Positions 1-14,745 of a DNA stretch of 64,000 nt are shown here, in pieces. The DNA lies in NCBI RefSeq assembly GCF_009914755.1, contig NC_060934.1. One strand, 5' to 3'. A model generated the notes under the pieces. That model saw only the letters and a list, made by a program, of their open reading frames with translations. It was not told the origin of the DNA and searched no databases. The position numbers were made by a program, and so were the translations under genes. The stretch comes from the human T2T-CHM13v2.0 reference genome, Homo sapiens. Position 1 is the first letter of the stretch. The number at the start of each line of letters is the position of its first letter.

Positions 1-833
1 AAAACTATAAAAATTAGCCAGGTGTGGTAGTGCGTACCTGTAATCTCAGCTACTTGGGAGGCTGAGGCAGTAGAACTGCTTGAACCCAGGGGACGGAGGT
101 TGCAGTCTGCAGAGATCACACCACTGCCCTCTAGCCTGGGAAGCAGAGTGAGACTCAGTCTCAGAAAACAAAAAAACAAAACAAAAACCCTCAACAGATG
201 GGTTTATACTTTATTAGCTACAGTCAAATCAATCAGTGAATGGAGCAGGGGTCAGAAGAAAATTCCCAGAATGCAGCACAGAGGAACAGAAGTCACCCCA
301 AAGAATAATATAGAATTTATGCTCTAGTCTCTGGCATTGGTTTTATGAGTCCTATTTTGGGGTTTCCCCTTTTATAGTAGAAGTTAGGCTTAATATGAGC
401 TACCTTACATGCTCACCCATAGGAAAAAGAATGCCAGCTTTGACATAAGTATGCATATGCATTGTTCCATTTAATTTAATTAATTTCATTTCATTTCATT
501 TATTTAATGATTCTAAGAGAGAGGAACCATGAATCCATTTTTGGGATGGATACTGAAGTCAAGTAGCTTACCCAAGGCCACACACCAAAAAGCCAAGATT
601 CAACACAGGCTAATACAACTCCAAGCCTGCGTTCTTTCTAATACATCAGACTGTGCCTCAAGTGTTTGTTTATTCATTCATTCATTTAATAATTACTGTA
701 AAAAATTAATTTAAAAATAATTATTGTGTATCTATTACAAGTTAAGACTAGGGGCCAGGCAAGGTAGCTCACGCCTGTAATCCCAGCACTTTGGGAGGCT
801 AAAGCAGGCAGATTGCTTGAGCTCAGGAGTTCA

Positions 834-1112
<279 letters not shown>

Positions 1113-1849
1113 TTATTGACACTGGTTTGGGATTAATATGTTTCCATTTCTTTTTTTTTTTTCATGCCCTCCAGACTGGAGTGCAGTGGCACGTTCATGG
1201 CTTACTGCCACCTTGACCTCCTGGGGCTCAGGTGATCCTCCCACCTCAGTCTCCTAAGTAGCTGAGACTACAGGTTCATACTACCATGCCCAGCTAATTT
1301 TTATATTTATTGTAGAGACAAGGTTTCACCATGTTGGTCTCAAACTCCTGGGCTCATTGATCTATCTACCTTGGCCTCCCCAGTATGCTGGGATTATAGG
1401 TGTGAGCCACTGCACCCAGCCAATAAGTTTCCGTTTTGTTGTTGTTTGAGATAGAGTTTCACTCTGTTGCCCCGACTGGAGTGCAGTGGCCCAATCTTAG
1501 CTCCCTGCAACCTCCGCCTCCGGGGTTCAAGTGATCCGCCCACCTCAGCCTCCCAAGTAGCACTTTGGGAGGTCAAGGCAGGCGTATAACCTGAAGTCAG
1601 AAGTTAGAGATCAGTCTGGCCAACATGGTGAAACCCCATCTCTACCAAAAATACAAAAAAATTAGCTGGATGTGGTGGCGGGTGCCTGTAATCCCAGCTA
1701 CTCGGGAGGCTGAGGCAAGAGAATCATTTGAACCCAGGAGGCAACCCAGTTGCAGTGAGCCAAGATTGTGCCACTGTACTCCAGGCTGGGCAACAGAGCA
1801 AGAGTCCCTCTCAAAAAAAAAAAAAAGAAAAAAGAAAGAAAGAAAGAGT

Positions 1850-2480
1850 GTGCTTATTGTGGGGCTAGCCAAGCTGGAGGATGAGAGATAATTCTCAAAT
1901 CCACCTCATCAAGAATTTGGAGGGTAGGGTTTTTCATGGATAGCTCAGTGGGCAGGGGGCTAGAGAATGAGGAGTGCTGATTGATTGGGTCAGCGATGAA
2001 ATCATAGGGGATGAAGCTGTCTTCTTGTGTTGAGTCAGTTCCTGGGTGGGGGTCACAAGACCAACTGAGCTAGTTTCTTGGTATGGGTTACTGGTCTAAG
2101 TGGAGCCAGCTGGTCCATCAGAACGTAAGGTCTGAAAAATACCTCAAACACCAATCTGATGTTTTGCAATAGTGCTGTTGTCTATAGGAGCAACTGGGGA
2201 GGCTACAAACCTTGTGACCTCCAGCTACATGACTCCTGAACCATAATTCTAACCTTGTTAGTTTTACAAAGGAGGTTTCAATCCCTGAGCAAGGAGTGCA
2301 TTAATTTTGGGAAGCACTTGTTGTCATCTTTGTTTTAAAGTTAAAGTATAAGCTAAATCCCTACCATAGTCAGTTTGGCCTACCCCCAAGAATGAACAAT
2401 GACAGTTTGTGACGTTAGAAGCAAGATGGAGTCAGTGTTGCATTTCTCTCACTATCTTAATTTTTGCAAAGGCAGTTTCA
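1850..2480 (-). mobile_element. ERV1 LTR, LTR8/MER4-group
   Basis: Minus strand begins TGAAACTGCCTTTGCAAAAATT...GACTCCATCTTGCTTCT. Confidence 0.75.
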
Positions 2481-3240
2481 ATCTCACTGTATGCAAATTA
2501 AAAAAAAAAACTTTTTGTGTAATAAAGAAAGAGATGAAGAGAAGTGGTTCCCATGAAAACTGTTATTTTTGCCACACAAGTGTAAACTGAAAAGGTTTCT
2601 GCAGTTTGTAAGCCAGCACTGCTTAAAAAGACTGTTTCCTGGTTGGGTACAGTGGCTCATGCCTATAATCCAGCACTTTGGGAGGCCAAAGCAAGTGGAT
2701 CACTTGAGGTCAGGAGTTTGAGACCAGCCTGGCCAATATGGTGAAACCCCATCTCTACTAAAAAAAAAAAAAATACAAAAAGTAGCCAGGTGTGGTGGCA
2801 CATGCCTATAGTCCCAGCTACTTGGGAGGCTGAGGCAGGAATTGCTTGAACCCAGGAGGTAGAGGTTGCAACGAGCCAAGATCACACCACTCCACTCCAA
2901 CCTGGGCAACAGAGTGAGACTCCATCTCAAAAAAATAAAATAAAATACTGTTTCCCAAGTTTTGCAGCAATAAAAAAGGAAATTAAGAAGCATGCTTAAT
3001 ATAAACATTGTGTATACAAACAGATTTACGTAAGTTTGTTTGGACTTGCTTCATAACAATTGGATACAAGAAATATCACATTTCTTTATTTTTCTAAATC
3101 AAATTAAACTTAATTCACTCCCTACAAGGATTGATAGAAGTTCACCCTCCATCATTTTGGGAGGCTTCTATACTCCCCAAGAACTCAAGAACCCAATTTA
3201 TAGGCACCACTACAGATATTTTCTAATGTACCCTAGCTCA

Positions 3241-3941
3241 TGAAACTGCCTTTGCAAAAATTATGACAGTAAGAGAAATCTGCCATAGTTGACTCCATCT
3301 TGCTTCTGACCTCCAAGCTGCCCTTGGTCATTCCTGTATATAGGTCAAGCTAACTTTGGGAAGAATTTAGTTTATAGTTTTACCTTAAAACAAAGATGAT
3401 AATAGCCCTTCCCAAAACTAAACCTCCTTTATAAAACTAATAAAAGACCACAAGGTTGGGATTATGGGAGGGACCTGAATTCTAATAAGATAGGCATAGT
3501 TTCTATAATCCCTTTCCACTCAGGGGTCATGTGGCCAGAGGTCACAAGATTTGCAACTTCCCCATTTGCTCCTATAGATACCATCACTATTGTAGAACCT
3601 AAGATTGGATTTTTGAGATATCTTTCAGACAACCCCACCCAGACTTGTAACTAATGACTCAACTGATCCTGTGACTCAATGGATGTGGAGCATTTTCCAC
3701 ATCCTTGTGATTTCACCCCCCAACCAATCAGCAGCACCCATTCTCTAGTCCCCTGCCCACCAAATTTGCCATAAAAACCCTAACCTCTGAGACTTCAGGG
3801 ATACTGGTTTGAGTGATAACTCAACTCTCCCATGTGGGCAGGCCTCACTTCAATCAAACTCGTTCTCTACTGCAATGCTATGGTGTTGGTGAATTGATTT
3901 GGTCTGTGCAACAGGCAGGAAGAATCCACTGGGTGATTACA
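3241..3941 (+). mobile_element. ERV1 solo LTR, MER4/LTR8-group
   Basis: TGAAACTGCCTTTGCAAAAATTATGACAG...GGGTGATTACA termini. Confidence 0.8.
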
Positions 3942-4944
3942 TTCCTAGTACAACTACCATGGTCTATTCAAGAATAGGTCACCTCCCTTGCTGATTTCCA
4001 TTCCCTCCCAGCTAAGCTCCAAAGCTGGAGTGCCCCAGGCAGCCACGTGGTCACAATATCAGTTATCTATTGTTGCATAACAACCCACCCCAGCCAGAAG
4101 TTTGGTGCTACCATCTGGCTTACTCTGTTGGGTAAATGAACAAATGATGCCCCAGGTAATAGCAAACAGGTGAAAAGGGCACTATTGAACTTGAAAATTG
4201 GTGCTTACCTTTAATTCACATGTAGATTATCTTATTTGTCTGAACACAATGGCCACTTCTACTACAAGCTCATTGTGCGGATTTGCAAAACATAAACCAC
4301 AGTCTCCCATGAAAAATTCCTTCCTCAGTATAAGGAAGGTGACTCTGGAGGCTTTTTTTTAATTCTTCAAGTTCCTAAGAATTGGATATTATTAGGTAAA
4401 TTACCAATTTGATTGTCTAAATGGCACTCCATTATACTAAAAGTCAGAGTAACTCCCCAAATGCCTTCATAATCTAATGGCAAAATTCAATGCCAAGTGT
4501 GTCCAAAAACTCATAACCCACTCAATAGATAGAATTCAAATGTGGCTGGGTGTGGTGGAGTCACGCCTGTAATTCCAGAACTTTGGGAGGCCAAGGCGAG
4601 CGGATCACTTGAGGTCAGGAGTTTGAGACCAGCCTGACCAACATGGTGAAACTCCATCTCTACTAAAAAGATATACAAAATTAGCCAGGCATGGTGGTGC
4701 ATGCCTGTAATCCCAGTTACTTGCGAGGCTGAGGCAGAAGAATTGCTTGAACCCGGGAGGCAGAGATTGCAGTGAGCCGAGATTGTGCCATTGCACTACA
4801 CCCCAGGCAACAAGAGCAAAACTCCGTCTCAAAAAAAATAAAATAAAATAGGCCAGGTGCAGTGGCTCACGCCTGTAATCCCAGCACTTTGGGAGGCCGA
4901 GGTGGGCAGATCATAAGGTCAGGAGATTGAGACCATCCTGGCTA

Positions 4945-5193
<249 letters not shown>

Positions 5194-5318
5194 TTACAAA
5201 CTAGAAAATGTTTCTAGAAATGTTTCTAGAAAGGGCCATTCATTAAATGTTAAAAGCTATTTAATTTACCACTAGCTAGTTCATTGGCAGTAAAAATATG
5301 AGTTAACAGTATATATTA

Positions 5319-5607
5319 CAGCAGTGGTTCTCAAATTTTAGCCTGCATCAGAAGCACCTGGAGGGATCATTAAAACACAGACTGTTGCCTCCCCGCTCCC
5401 CACCTGCTAGGGGTTTTACCTTAGGTCTGGGTTGGGGTCTGAGAATTTGTGGTTTTTGTTTATTTGTTTGTTTGTTTTGCTTTAATTATTTAAAAATTTT
5501 ACTTTTTTAAAATTTTTACAAGTCCACAACATGATGATAATTTGCATTGTTAACAAGTGCCAGGTGATGCTTAAACTGCTAGGGAATCACACACTGAGAA
5601 ACACTGT
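5319..5607. mobile_element. MER5A-like hAT MITE
   Basis: CAGTGGTTCTCAAA...GAGAAACACTG terminal inverted repeats; GCATCAGAA-CACCTGG core. Confidence 0.7.
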
Positions 5608-6501
5608 ATCACAGGGAAGGGAAAAGCTCTTAGGCTAACTATGAAATGGACATAAATTCTGTTTTATGCAGGGACAAAAGAGGCTCAAAATTTAGCTTTG
5701 GACTGGAACACAGGCTAGTGGGGCTAGTGGTTGTCAAGGGTGCTGGGGACGTGTGTGGAGGGAGTGGAGGCTACATTCTAAAAGAAGAGGATGCTGATGC
5801 CATAGTTAAGTATGAGAAACTAGGTTGCTGGAACCACCAGTTTATCAATGTGGTACATGCCACAGGCATTGAAATCTAACTCCAATCTAGTGCCTACGCC
5901 CTGTTTTCTCTACCACTACCATCCTTAAAAAATGAAAAAGAAATTACGTTCACTTTAGCCTAACCTCTCAAAGCCCCAGGTGTGAATTAGTTTATCTGAT
6001 GATGAAGCTTATAAAATTTTACATGTGATTTGCCATTATCAGGATGTAAAGCACTTTCAGATTTATTACCTTCTTTGATCAAAACAATCCTATGTGGTAG
6101 ACCCTGTTATTCTTATTATACAGATAAGAAAATTTAATCAACAAAGGATAAATGACTGGCTCAACATTAGAGCTAATAATTATCAGTGCCAGTGCTCAAG
6201 TCCAGGCTTTTGAAGATCAAGTACTAAAAGGTTAAGCTGTCCAAAGATGTAGATTCCCATAAATGTAGAAGCCAAAAAGAAAATTTGTTACCCTTGTTAT
6301 TGCTGTTTCTCAAACATGTTAGGAGTAATAACATTTAAATACATGTAACACTTATTTTCATGAGGAGATAGCATAAAAAATAGATACCATCACAACAAAG
6401 ATGAGAAAAAAAATAGAAAGCAGCCAGGTGCAGTGGCTCATGCCTGTAATCCCAGCACTTTGGGAAGCCAAGGCGATGGATCACCTGAGTTCAGGAGTTC
6501 A

Positions 6502-6795
<294 letters not shown>

Positions 6796-7228
6796 TCATG
6801 TCTGTAATCCCAGCACCTTGGGAGGCTGAGGCAGGTGGATTACTTGAGGCCAGGAGTTCGAGACCAGCCTGGCCAACATGGCAAAACCCTGTCTCTATTA
6901 AGAATACACAAATTAGCCAGTTGTGGTGGTGTGTGCCTGTAGTCCCAGCTACTTGGGAGGCTGAGGCAGGAGAATGCTTGGACCCAGGAGGCGGAGGTTG
7001 CAGTGAGCCAGGATTGTGCCACTGCACTCCAGCTTGGGCGACAGAGTGAGACCCCGTCTCAAAAAATAAATAATAAATAATAAAGGGTACAACTTGATAA
7101 ATGTTATACAAACACGCCAGTGATCATCACCAATGTCAAGATAATGAACGTATTCATCAGCCCTCAAGGTTGCTTTGTGTTCCTCTGGACCCCCACACAA
7201 ACCTACCCCGTCTCCAGACAACCACTGA

Positions 7229-7471
<243 letters not shown>

Positions 7472-7654
7472 TGATCTCAAACTCTTTGGTCAAGAGGTCC
7501 TCCTGCCTCAGCCTCCCAAAGTGCTGGGATTATGGGCCGAGCCACCATGTCCAGCTCTTACAGTTTTATGTAAATGAAATCACACAGTATGTACACTTGC
7601 TTGTCTGGCTTATTTCTCTTAGCATAATTATTTTGAAATTCATCTATGTTATAG

Positions 7655-7801
<147 letters not shown>

Positions 7802-7840
7802 TGAGTAGCTGGGACTTCAGGTGCATGCCATCATGCCTAG

Positions 7841-8017
<177 letters not shown>

Positions 8018-8462
8018 TAGTATTCTGTTGCATGGACATGCCACAGTTTCTTCTTCTTTTTTTTTTTTTCTTCAACCCCAGAGAGTTAGCTACAGTTTCT
8101 TTATCTGTTCACCTATTGATAGACATTTGACTTGTTTCTAAATCTTGGCTATTTTAAATAAAGCTGTATCAATAATCATGTACAAGTCTTTGTATAGACA
8201 TATGCTGTATGCTTTCATTCTCTTGGGGGAAATTCTTAGGAGTGAATTATATGGATCATATGAGAGGTTTATTTTAACTTTTAAAGAAACTACAAATCTG
8301 ATTTTCGAAGTACTTGTACATTTTTACATTCCTACCAACAACAGAACAGAGTTCTAGCTGTTCTACATCCTGATCAACACTTGGTCTCATCGAGCTTTTG
8401 AATTTTGGCCATTCTAATGGGATTGTAGTGGTATGGCATTGGATTTAAATTTGTATTTCCTG

Positions 8463-8820
8463 ATGGAATACTACTTAGCCATAAAAAGGAATGAATTAAT
8501 GGCATTCACAACAACCTGGATGGGACTAGAGACTATTATTCTAAGTGAAGTAACTCAGGAATGGAAAACCAAACATTGTATGTTCTCATTCATAAGTGGG
8601 AGCTAAGCTACGAGGATGCAAAGACATAAAAATAACACAATGGACTTAGGGGACTCAGGAGAGAAGGGTGAGAAGGGGTGAGGGATAAAAGACTACAAAT
8701 TGGGTGCAGTGTATACTGCTCAGGTGATGGGTGCACCAAAATCTCACAAATCACCGCTAAAGAACTAACTCATGTAACCAAACACCACCTATCCCCCAAA
8801 AACCTATGGAAATAAAAAAT
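8463..8820 (+). mobile_element. L1 3' end (L1PB-like)
   Basis: TGGAATACTACTTAGCCATAAAAAGGAATGAA...GGGTGCACCAAAATCTCACAAATCACC...AAATAAAAA. Confidence 0.8.
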
Positions 8821-8947
8821 TTCTTTAGCTGGGCATGGTGGCTCACGCCTGTAATCCCAGCACTTTGGGAGGCCAAGGCAGGCAGATCACCTGAGGTCAG
8901 GAGTTCAAAACCGGCCTGGCCAACATGGCAAAACCCTGGCTCTACTA

Positions 8948-9422
<475 letters not shown>

Positions 9423-9754
9423 TCAAAAAAAAAAAAAAAAAAAACAAAGCAAAAATAACCCCAAACAAGCAAACAAACAAAAAAAGAAAACAAATGACTC
9501 AAATTTTTTAAAAGATAAAAGACACTTTAACAGAAAAGATATACAGATGGCAAAATAAACACACAAAAGGCTAGGCAACATCATTAGTCATTAGGGAAAT
9601 AAAAATTTATTTATTTATATCATATATTAATAAAATGTATTAAAACAACAAGATACATAGCAATTATTGACATTTATACATCTAATAACAAACCTTCAAA
9701 ATATCCTCTGTGCTCTATCCATGCCTCTCCACCCTAATGGTGGCTCAAAATAAG

Positions 9755-10022
9755 AAAACTATCAATGTAATTCATCAGATTAATATAATAAAAGGGAAAC
9801 ACCACATGATCAACTCAATTGATGTAGAAAAGGCATTTGACAAAATCCAATACTCTTTCATAAAAAAAAAACTTCCCAGAAAACTAGGAATGTAGGGAAA
9901 ATTCCTCAACATGATAAAATACCTAAACATGATAAAAACACATCCAATATTATACTCAAGTGTGAAAGACTGAAAGCTTTCCCTCTAAAATCAAGAACAA
10001 GACAAGGGTGCTACTTTTCACC
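9755..10022 (+). mobile_element. L1 ORF2 reverse-transcriptase fragment
   Basis: Translation [28 protein letters not shown] matches the L1 ORF2 motif [16 protein letters not shown]. Confidence 0.85.
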
Positions 10023-10054
10023 AGTTTTAAATTATTATTATTATTATTTTTTGA

Positions 10055-10159
<105 letters not shown>

Positions 10160-10799
10160 TGAGTAGCTGGGACTACAGGTGCCCGTCACCATGCCCGGCT
10201 AATTTTTGTATTTTTAGTAGAGTCTGGGTTTCACCATATTGGCCAGGCTGGTCTCAAACTCCTGACCTCAGGTGATCCACTCGCCTCAGCCTCCCAAAGT
10301 GCTGTGATTACAGGCGTGAGCAACCACGCCTGGCACCCTAGGGGTTTATTTTCAGAAAAATAATTTGAAGGAAAAGAAATTTTATTTATTTTAGAATATT
10401 TTATAATAGTTTTTCCCCATACCAAATAAAAAATTAAAGGAATGTCTCAAATGTTTAACAGTAGAGAAATGATTAAGCCAATTATGCCATCTCTACATGA
10501 TGGAATTATATAGTTTTTAAAGATAAGACTCATGATGAGAAAACTCATGCAACAACATCAAATAAAAAAGAGAGTATAACAAATTTATATGTATATATAT
10601 TTGGTAAAATAACATCAAATCAAAGTAGAACACAAATTTGTGTGTACATAAACTGTGATTACAGGCCAGGCGTGGTGGCTCACGCCTGTAATCCCAGCAC
10701 TTTGGGAGGCCGAGGTGGGCCGATCACGAAGTCAGGAGTTTGAGACCAGTCTGGCCAACATACTGAAACCCTGTCTCTACTAAAAATACAAAAAAATTA

Positions 10800-10943
<144 letters not shown>

Positions 10944-11238
10944 TCAAAAAAAAAGCAAACCTGTGATTACAACTATGTGAGAGTTACGCATATGGAATAG
11001 GGAGAAAGAGGTGTTCCTTTGAAAAGCTGGAGGCAGAAATCCTCAGAAAGTGCACTCTCTTTGCTGGGCCAAATACTTCATAGGCTCTCATGGTTGTAGC
11101 AATCTAGAGCTTAGAGCAGGCCCGGGTTAGAGTAAGATAAGTAATACAGCATTTCTCTTCAAAATAAAGAAAGATGGCCAAGCGCAGTGGCTCATACCTG
11201 TAATCCCAGCACTTTGGGAGGCTGAGGCGAGCAGATCA

Positions 11239-11504
<266 letters not shown>

Positions 11505-11729
11505 TCACTCATGCCTGTAATCCCAATACTTTAGAAGTCTGAGGCAGGAGGATTGTTTGAGCCCAGGAGTTCAAGACCAACCTGGGCAACACAGTGAGAC
11601 CTGGTCTCTACAAAAAAGAAAGACAAATTTTTAATTTCCTGGAGCAAGCTAAAGTGGGCAGGAGTGGGAAGAAGCTGGTGGAGATGAACAGTCAGATCAG
11701 AGAGAGAAAGTGAGAAAGAGTGGGCACTG

Positions 11730-13460
11730 GAGACTTCATATTGTAAAGATGGCAGTGCTCCTCAAATTGATCTGCAGATCCAATGCAATCCTTATCCATT
11801 TCCCAGGTGACTTCTTTGCAGTATAAGCTGATACTAAAATTATGCGAGATATCACAGAACCTCTTTTTTTTTTCAGTCTTGAAACAATAATAACAAGTTG
11901 GGAGGACTCATACTCGAGAGGCTGAGGTGGGGGAATCGCCTGAGCCCAGAAAGTCGAGGCTACAGTGAGCCATGATCATACTACTGCACTCCAGCCTGGG
12001 CAACAGAGTGAGACCCTGTCTCAAAAAAAAAGTCTCCCTCGTGACACACAGTTTACCTATATAACAAACTTGCACATGTACCCCTGAAACTAAAATATAA
12101 GTTAAAAAAAACTTTGAAGAAAATACGTGTACATTTTTATGACTTTGGATTAGATGATGATTTCTTAGATACTATACCAAAAGCACAAGCAATCAAAGAA
12201 AAAAATAGGTAAATTGGGCATCATCAAAATTAAAAACATTTGTGCTTCAAAGGAAACCATCATGAAAGCAAAAAAAAACCCACAAAAAATATTTGTAAAT
12301 TATATAGCTGATAGGAGTCTAGTGTCCAGCATATATAAAGAACTTTTACAACCCAATAACAATAAGACAAATAATTCAAAATTGTTTTTTTTTTTTTTTG
12401 AGACGGAGTCTCGCTCTGTTGCCCAGGCTGGAGTACAGTGGCGCGATCTCAGCTCACCCAAGCTCTGCCTCCCGGGTTCACGCCATTCTCCTGCCTCAGC
12501 CTCCCAAGTAGCTGGGACTGCAGGCAGCCGCTACTGTGCCCGGCTAATTTTTTTGTATTTTTAGTAGAGACGGGGTTTCACCATGTTAGCCAGGATGGTC
12601 TCGATCTCCTGACCTCGTGATCCGCCCACCTCGGCCTCCCAAAGTGATGGGATTACAGGCGTGAGCCACTGCACCCGGCCCAATAATCCAATTTTTAAAT
12701 GGGCAAAGGATCTGAGTATACATTTCTCCAAAGAAAATATACAAATGGCCGATAAAAAAATGAAAATCTCAACTCCTTTGGCCATCAGAAAAATGCAAAT
12801 CAAACCCATATTGAGATACCAGTTCACACTTCCTAGGATGGCTATAATAAAAATAGATAATAAGTGTTGGTGAGAGTGTGGAGAAATTGGAAACTTCATG
12901 CACAAGTGGTAGGTAAGTAAAACGGAGCAGCCACTTTAGAAAATAGTCTGGCCAGGCGTGGTGGTTCACGCCTGTAACCCTAGCACTTTGCAAGGCCGAG
13001 GCAGGTGGATCGCTTGAGGCCAGGAGTTCAAGACCAGCTTGGGCAACATGGTGAAACCCTATCCCTACCAAAAAAAAAAAAAAAAAATTGGCCAGGCATG
13101 GTGGCATGCACCTGTAGTTCCAGTAGTTCCAGGTACTCGGGAGGCTGAGGTGGGAGGATTGCTTGAGCAAGAGAGGTGGGGATTGCTGTGAATCGAAATC
13201 ACACCACTGCACTCCTGCCTAGGTGACAGATCAAGACCCTATCTTAGAAAAAAAGAAAAGAAAAGAAAAGAAAATAGTCTGGCCATTCCTCAAAAGGTTA
13301 AACATAGAGGTGCCACATGATTCAGGAGTTCTGTTCCTTATGCATATATCCGAAAGAATTGAGAACATATTATATGTTCACAAAAAAACTTGAACATGAG
13401 TGTTAACAGCTTCATTATTTATAATGGCCATAAAGTGGAAACTACCCAAATGTCCATCCA
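11730..13460 (+). mobile_element. Old L1M ORF2 3' region fragments interrupted by Alus
   Basis: IKIKNICASKETI and [20 protein letters not shown] are L1 ORF2 C-terminal motifs. Confidence 0.75.
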
Positions 13461-13502
13461 ATGCTATACTTTCTGCCTTATAATTGGGATATTTATACCA
13501 CA

Positions 13503-14098
13503 CAGGTGGGCAAACTCAAAGGCCCACCCTTTGAGTAAATATCTTACTCAAAATATTGAGTAAATATCTTACTCAAAATATTGAGTAAATATCTTACTCA
13601 AAATATTGAGTAAATATCTTACTCAAAATATTGAGTAAATATCTTACTCAAAATATTGAGTAAATATTTTAGGCTTTGTGGGACAAGAGGCAAAATTGAA
13701 GCAATTATATAGTCAGTTATAGAAAAAAATTTACCATTAAAAAATGTAAAAACTGCTTTTAGTTCATGAGCACCGCAAAAACAGGCAACAGATGGCGGGG
13801 TATGGTGGCTCATGACTGTAATCCCAGTAATTTGGTGAGGCCAAAGCAGGAGAATCACTTGAACCCAGGAGTTTGAGATCAGACTCTACAAAAAAATACA
13901 AAAAAAAATTGTACCTGGGAAGCTGAAGTGGGAGGATCACTTGGGCCTGGGAGATCGAGGCTACAGTGAGCCATATTCATGCTACTGCATTCCAACCTGG
14001 ACAACAGAGTGAGACTCTGTCTCAAAAAACAAGCAAACAAGCAAACAAACCAGGAAACAGCCATGATTTGGTTTCGAGCTACAGTTCACTGACCCCTA
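13503..14098. mobile_element. MER58-like hAT MITE interrupted by a tandem repeat and an Alu
   Basis: CAGG.GGGCAAACT start, TAAATATTTTAGGCTTTGTGGG core, AGTT..CTGACCCCT end. Confidence 0.6.
13531..13667. repeat. Perfect 25-bp minisatellite (TTGAGTAAATATCTTACTCAAAATA) x about 5.5
   Basis: Identical units start at 13531, 13556, 13581, 13606 and 13631, with a partial unit at 13656. Confidence 0.95.
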
Positions 14099-14430
14099 GT
14101 TGAAACTATTTATATTGAAGGTGATTAGTGATACGGTTAAGTTTAAATCTGTTATCTTGCTATTTGCATTTCTTTTTTCCTCATCTGTCTCTTATTTTCA
14201 CTTTTTTCCCTTGCCCTTTTTTTTGCATTAAATAAATATTTGTTATGATTCCAAGGTATTTTATTTGCTTATTTGCTATTTTTTTATTTTAAAAGTTGCT
14301 TTAGGTTTTATAGTATATATCTTTTACCTATCACAGTTTTTCTTAAAATGAGATATGTTTTCATGTATAGTATAAGAGCCTTATAAAGTATACTTCTGGC
14401 CTGGCGCAGTGGCTCACACCTGTAATATCA

Positions 14431-14745
<315 letters not shown>

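Noticed and set aside
13531-13667. CRISPR-like array (palindromic 25-bp repeats)
   Set aside because: Units are head-to-tail with no spacers and the context is human; it is a minisatellite.
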